A stretch of DNA of 64,000 nucleotides, taken from contig JAQGDQ010002368.1 of the NCBI GenBank assembly GCA_030141605.1, positions 558,001 through 622,000 on the forward strand, in the 5' to 3' direction. Made by a program: the position numbers and the translations under genes. Positions 60,901 through 64,000 of this stretch are shown one piece after another. This stretch comes from Tubiluchus corallicola (lineage: Eukaryota; Animalia; Priapulida). Below the pieces are notes generated by a model, which worked only from the letters and a program-made list of their open reading frames with translations, was not told where the DNA came from and ran no database searches. Position 1 is the first letter of the stretch. Each line of letters begins with the position of its first letter.

Positions 60901-63688
60901 TCTGTAATTTCAGATTTAAACTACAGGTGCAAATCTCCTTTACTCAGCACTTTTGCAGTTGTATTCCAGACATCTAGAATAGAGCATCACACATTGCCAA
61001 CACAAAACATTGTTTTTTTAATTAATATAATCTTGATTAAATTTTTGAAATAAATAGGTTCTAGCTTTTATGATATTTGGCTATATTTATTTGTTTATTT
61101 TTTTGTATTAGGGAATACCAAGAACTATTATTACTGAACTGATGAACGGGTGTCTTGAATGTTGTCTTGAGCAATTGTCTGCTGTCAGTATCAAGGCATC
61201 ACTTTTCCTTCAGTCACCATCGTTAAGCAGCTGTCATGAACTCAAAATGCCTGCAGCAGATTTAATGAGACAGGCTGACTGTGTAAAATGTTTGCATAGC
61301 AATGGACTTTGTGAAGATAAACTTGAGGAAGTTGACGATATTAGTGATATCTTTTGGTGTTTTGATAAATCTAACATAGAAATTTCAAATTGTGAACATT
61401 CAGCGTTTTCCTGTGAAGATAAAATCGATGTACTAGGTAACAACTTTGTTTTAACTAATCCATTTAACAGAAATGCTGGTCTGGATCTGGATTCCACAAA
61501 TACAAATTATGAACTGTCGAATTTTCATAATATTACCAGTATGCAATCTTATGAAAGTAAGTCTGGTGGCAGTAGTGAGGCTATTGCACATGAAAATTTA
61601 TCAGATACAAACACATTTACTAAATACAAGGAAATACTTTCTGCACAATTTCCATCTGTTAGTAGTAAAAATAAAAGGTCGAAACAGGGGCTGTCTAATG
61701 GTGCAGACACTGGAATTCCTACAACTTGTGCTACCAAACCAAATGTACTTAATCCCTTGACTATATCACCTGAAAACAAAATAATTGATGACCATTCAGG
61801 ATATACTAATGCTAAAAACAGTGATACTGGTAGATTTGCCAACAACATTAAGGTTGATAGATCAGTATTCAACTTAAGTGCTTGCAAAAGACATGTACTT
61901 ACTAAAAGCAGACATTTTTATACGCTTAATACCATGCGTAATAGTCGGTTTAGTGATGGGAACTCTGTGAAGACGAGTGGAGAAAAAACTTCTAGTTATC
62001 TTACCACATGCAAGCCAGATCGCAGTCTCGAAGTACCAAATGCTTCCATGTGTTTCACTTGTAAACAAAACAGCAGCAGTGCACAAACTGATGAGAACAG
62101 TGGCAGAGTAATTTCTGCTTGTGAAAAGATTGCATACGGATTAAGTCACAGTAATGAGGACATGATGAAACTTGCTTTGGATTGTTGGAAGAGACAAGCA
62201 CAGATGCAGCATGTTTCAAAATGTCACTTGCCCAGGTATTATAGCCTTGTGTTTACCTGTTTTATGATTATTTTTAGTATTTATTAACCAACTTTGTTTA
62301 GTAGGATATGCATATTCACCTATTTAACTAATTAATGTTAAACTTTTGATATATGTACAATAATACTTGTACATATCCATATCCTAACTTGATATTTTTT
62401 GCAGATTGAACACTGCAAGAGTATACACATGCAGCATTGCTGGCCTACCACACTGGAAAAGTACAGTTGTCCAAGGAATATTATTAAAAGTAAACTCGGA
62501 TACTGCATGCATGCTGTCCTGTAATTTTCCTCGAGTTTACAGAGCGTTGGTATGAAATATAACACTTACATAGCTCACTTTATAAGTTTTACCTGCTGAA
62601 ATCATTGTGTTAAGATAGAACATACCTTGTAGAATTTTTTAACATTATCTGTTTGGTAGAGGACAGATTTCAGATATTGAAGCAGCATGAAATGTGCCCT
62701 CTGCTGCTACTGCACATATGAATATATAACCTCATTTTTATTTTGTGATCTGACAATTTTGTTATGTATTACTTATTGACTGAACTGGTAATGGAAATCT
62801 GCTTTATTGGAATTTGATTAAAAGCATTTATACTTTTATGTGTATTCTAATTACACGTTGTTTCTTGCTTCTTTTCAGCTTGTTGGAGGAAGCATAAACG
62901 AAAAATTTCACCACACTGGCTATCAGCCAAATGTCGAACCTTCTTCTATATCTTATACTGCCAGTCATACAAATTTGCAATCACAATGGTTTTGTGAAAT
63001 CACTACAGTATTAAAGGAGGTAATTAAAAAAAAACAAGGGAAGAGAAAGAAAAATGTGACCCTGCATTTCCTTGTTTTTTAATTGTGGGATCTTAATTCT
63101 TTCTTACTATTTTTGTCATTAAGAATAAATTTGTGTTATTAAAAGAGGTAATTTTTATCTCTAGGATTTTTGTGCATAACCTGTGAATATAATGTAATTG
63201 CAGTATAAATTGAAAATTGTTACGCATAATTGGATTTTGCTTAAAATGTTTGGTTGTTTTAAACAACCATTTCGAATAATAGTCCAATTCTTTTCTTGTA
63301 GAAGTTCATTACTCTGCTGATAGTGAAAGGTGAAGTAGATGCAAATGTACAAGATTTCTGCAACCAGAACAATATAACAGTTATCCAATCTGTGCCTTGG
63401 AAAGCCTTAGAAGCCCTTTCTGCCACTACTGGCATTGCAGTCCTATCATATCTGACCGACTGCTTTAATGTATGTATTTCTGTGTGTTTTCTTTTTTCCT
63501 CATGGTACAGTTTTCACATTTTATGAAAAGTTTATTAAGTATGTGATAAGTTTATTAATAATATTGAACAATATAAATGTATTTTTCAGGAGTTTGTGGA
63601 TAATGTCCATGTTGAATTATGGGATAATGACCAATGGGGAACAGCTGAATGCAGCTATGCCTGCGTGGCTGTTGGATGTGATGTTCAG
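57901..63688 (+). CDS. BBS12: Bardet-Biedl syndrome 12 chaperonin-like protein, 3'-partial
   Basis: Exons 57901-58016 (tentative), 59753-59831, 59929-60054, 61112-62235, 62405-62549, 62879-63019, 63302-63469, 63590-63688 join in frame (666 codons). Colinear with remembered vertebrate BBS12 motifs: LLNSAVQAHHKMYGSSTTTLLFMANAW ~ [27 protein letters not shown]; KSRHF ~ HSRHF; AYGLSHSNEDMMKL ~ AVGLSHGDHSSMKL; RVYTCSIAGLP ~ RIFTCCLPGLP; GSINEKFHHTGY ~ GDLTENYRHLGF. Confidence 0.87.
58474..58487. promoter_or_regulatory. RFX X-box in BBS12 intron 1
   Basis: GTTGCCATGTCAAC, a 13/14 match to the palindrome GTTGCCATGGCAAC. A second partial site GTTGCCATAG lies at 58411. The host is a ciliary gene. Confidence 0.55.
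58672..59622. mobile_element. 951-bp foldback/long-TIR non-autonomous element in BBS12 intron 1
   Basis: Arms 58672-58929 and 59365-59622 (~258 bp) are reverse complements with about 6 mismatches by manual alignment. Ends are CAGT...ACTG, the spacer is 435 bp, and no TSD is visible. Confidence 0.85.
60104..60578. mobile_element. hAT-like MITE with CCGGAT subterminal repeats
   Basis: AGGATGTACCGGATCC ... GGATCCGATGTATCCCTA ends; degenerate 8-bp flanks TTAAAAAG/TGGAAAAG. Confidence 0.65.
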
Positions 63689-64000
63689 GTATTTAACACA
63701 TGCACTTTTTGTAAACTCCAAATATTGTACAAATGGTATGAATCTTTAAAAAGTTAGAAAATTACTAAATGGCCATAGCAATTTTTATAATACAGTTAGC
63801 TGATCAGTACAGTTTTATAGTACAGTTAGCCTTTTCTGACCATGACTATAGCATAGAAATTTCTTGGCAACTTCACAGGCAGTGGACTTTGTGACCCATT
63901 CAAATTCATTTTAAATTTTCAAAACTCTAAGCATCTAGTCAATGTGCTATTTTGGAAAGCAGTATTACCAATGACAATGTGTCTTGATCGTATGTATAGT

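Overview
AT-rich animal genomic DNA, probably an intron-rich marine invertebrate (taxon not determinable from the sequence). It holds four spliced protein-coding genes, all with GT-AG introns reconstructed by hand. (1) The 3' 17 exons of a PHLPP-family LRR/PP2C gene (+, 1183-14260). (2) A complete 6-exon proteasome alpha-4/PSMA7 gene (+, 16173-23157). (3) A complete 26-coding-exon ABCB1/P-glycoprotein-like full transporter (-, 50048-26026, about 1382 aa). (4) The 5' 8 exons of a BBS12 chaperonin-like ciliary gene (+, 57901 to beyond the window end). Introns and the intergenic region carry truncated CR1/L2-type LINEs and several MITE families (piggyBac, Tc1/pogo, hAT). Best leads: a PP2C domain that has lost most metal ligands, a candidate intronic C/D snoRNA in PSMA7 with a 28S-complementary guide, an expanded Cys-containing extracellular loop in the ABCB, an intron-rich invertebrate BBS12 with X-boxes and a ~258-bp near-perfect inverted repeat in intron 1, and a sense LINE poly(A) signal next to a PHLPP splice acceptor. 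No wholly new multi-gene system is evident. Comparisons with human proteins and rRNA are from memory, not from searches.
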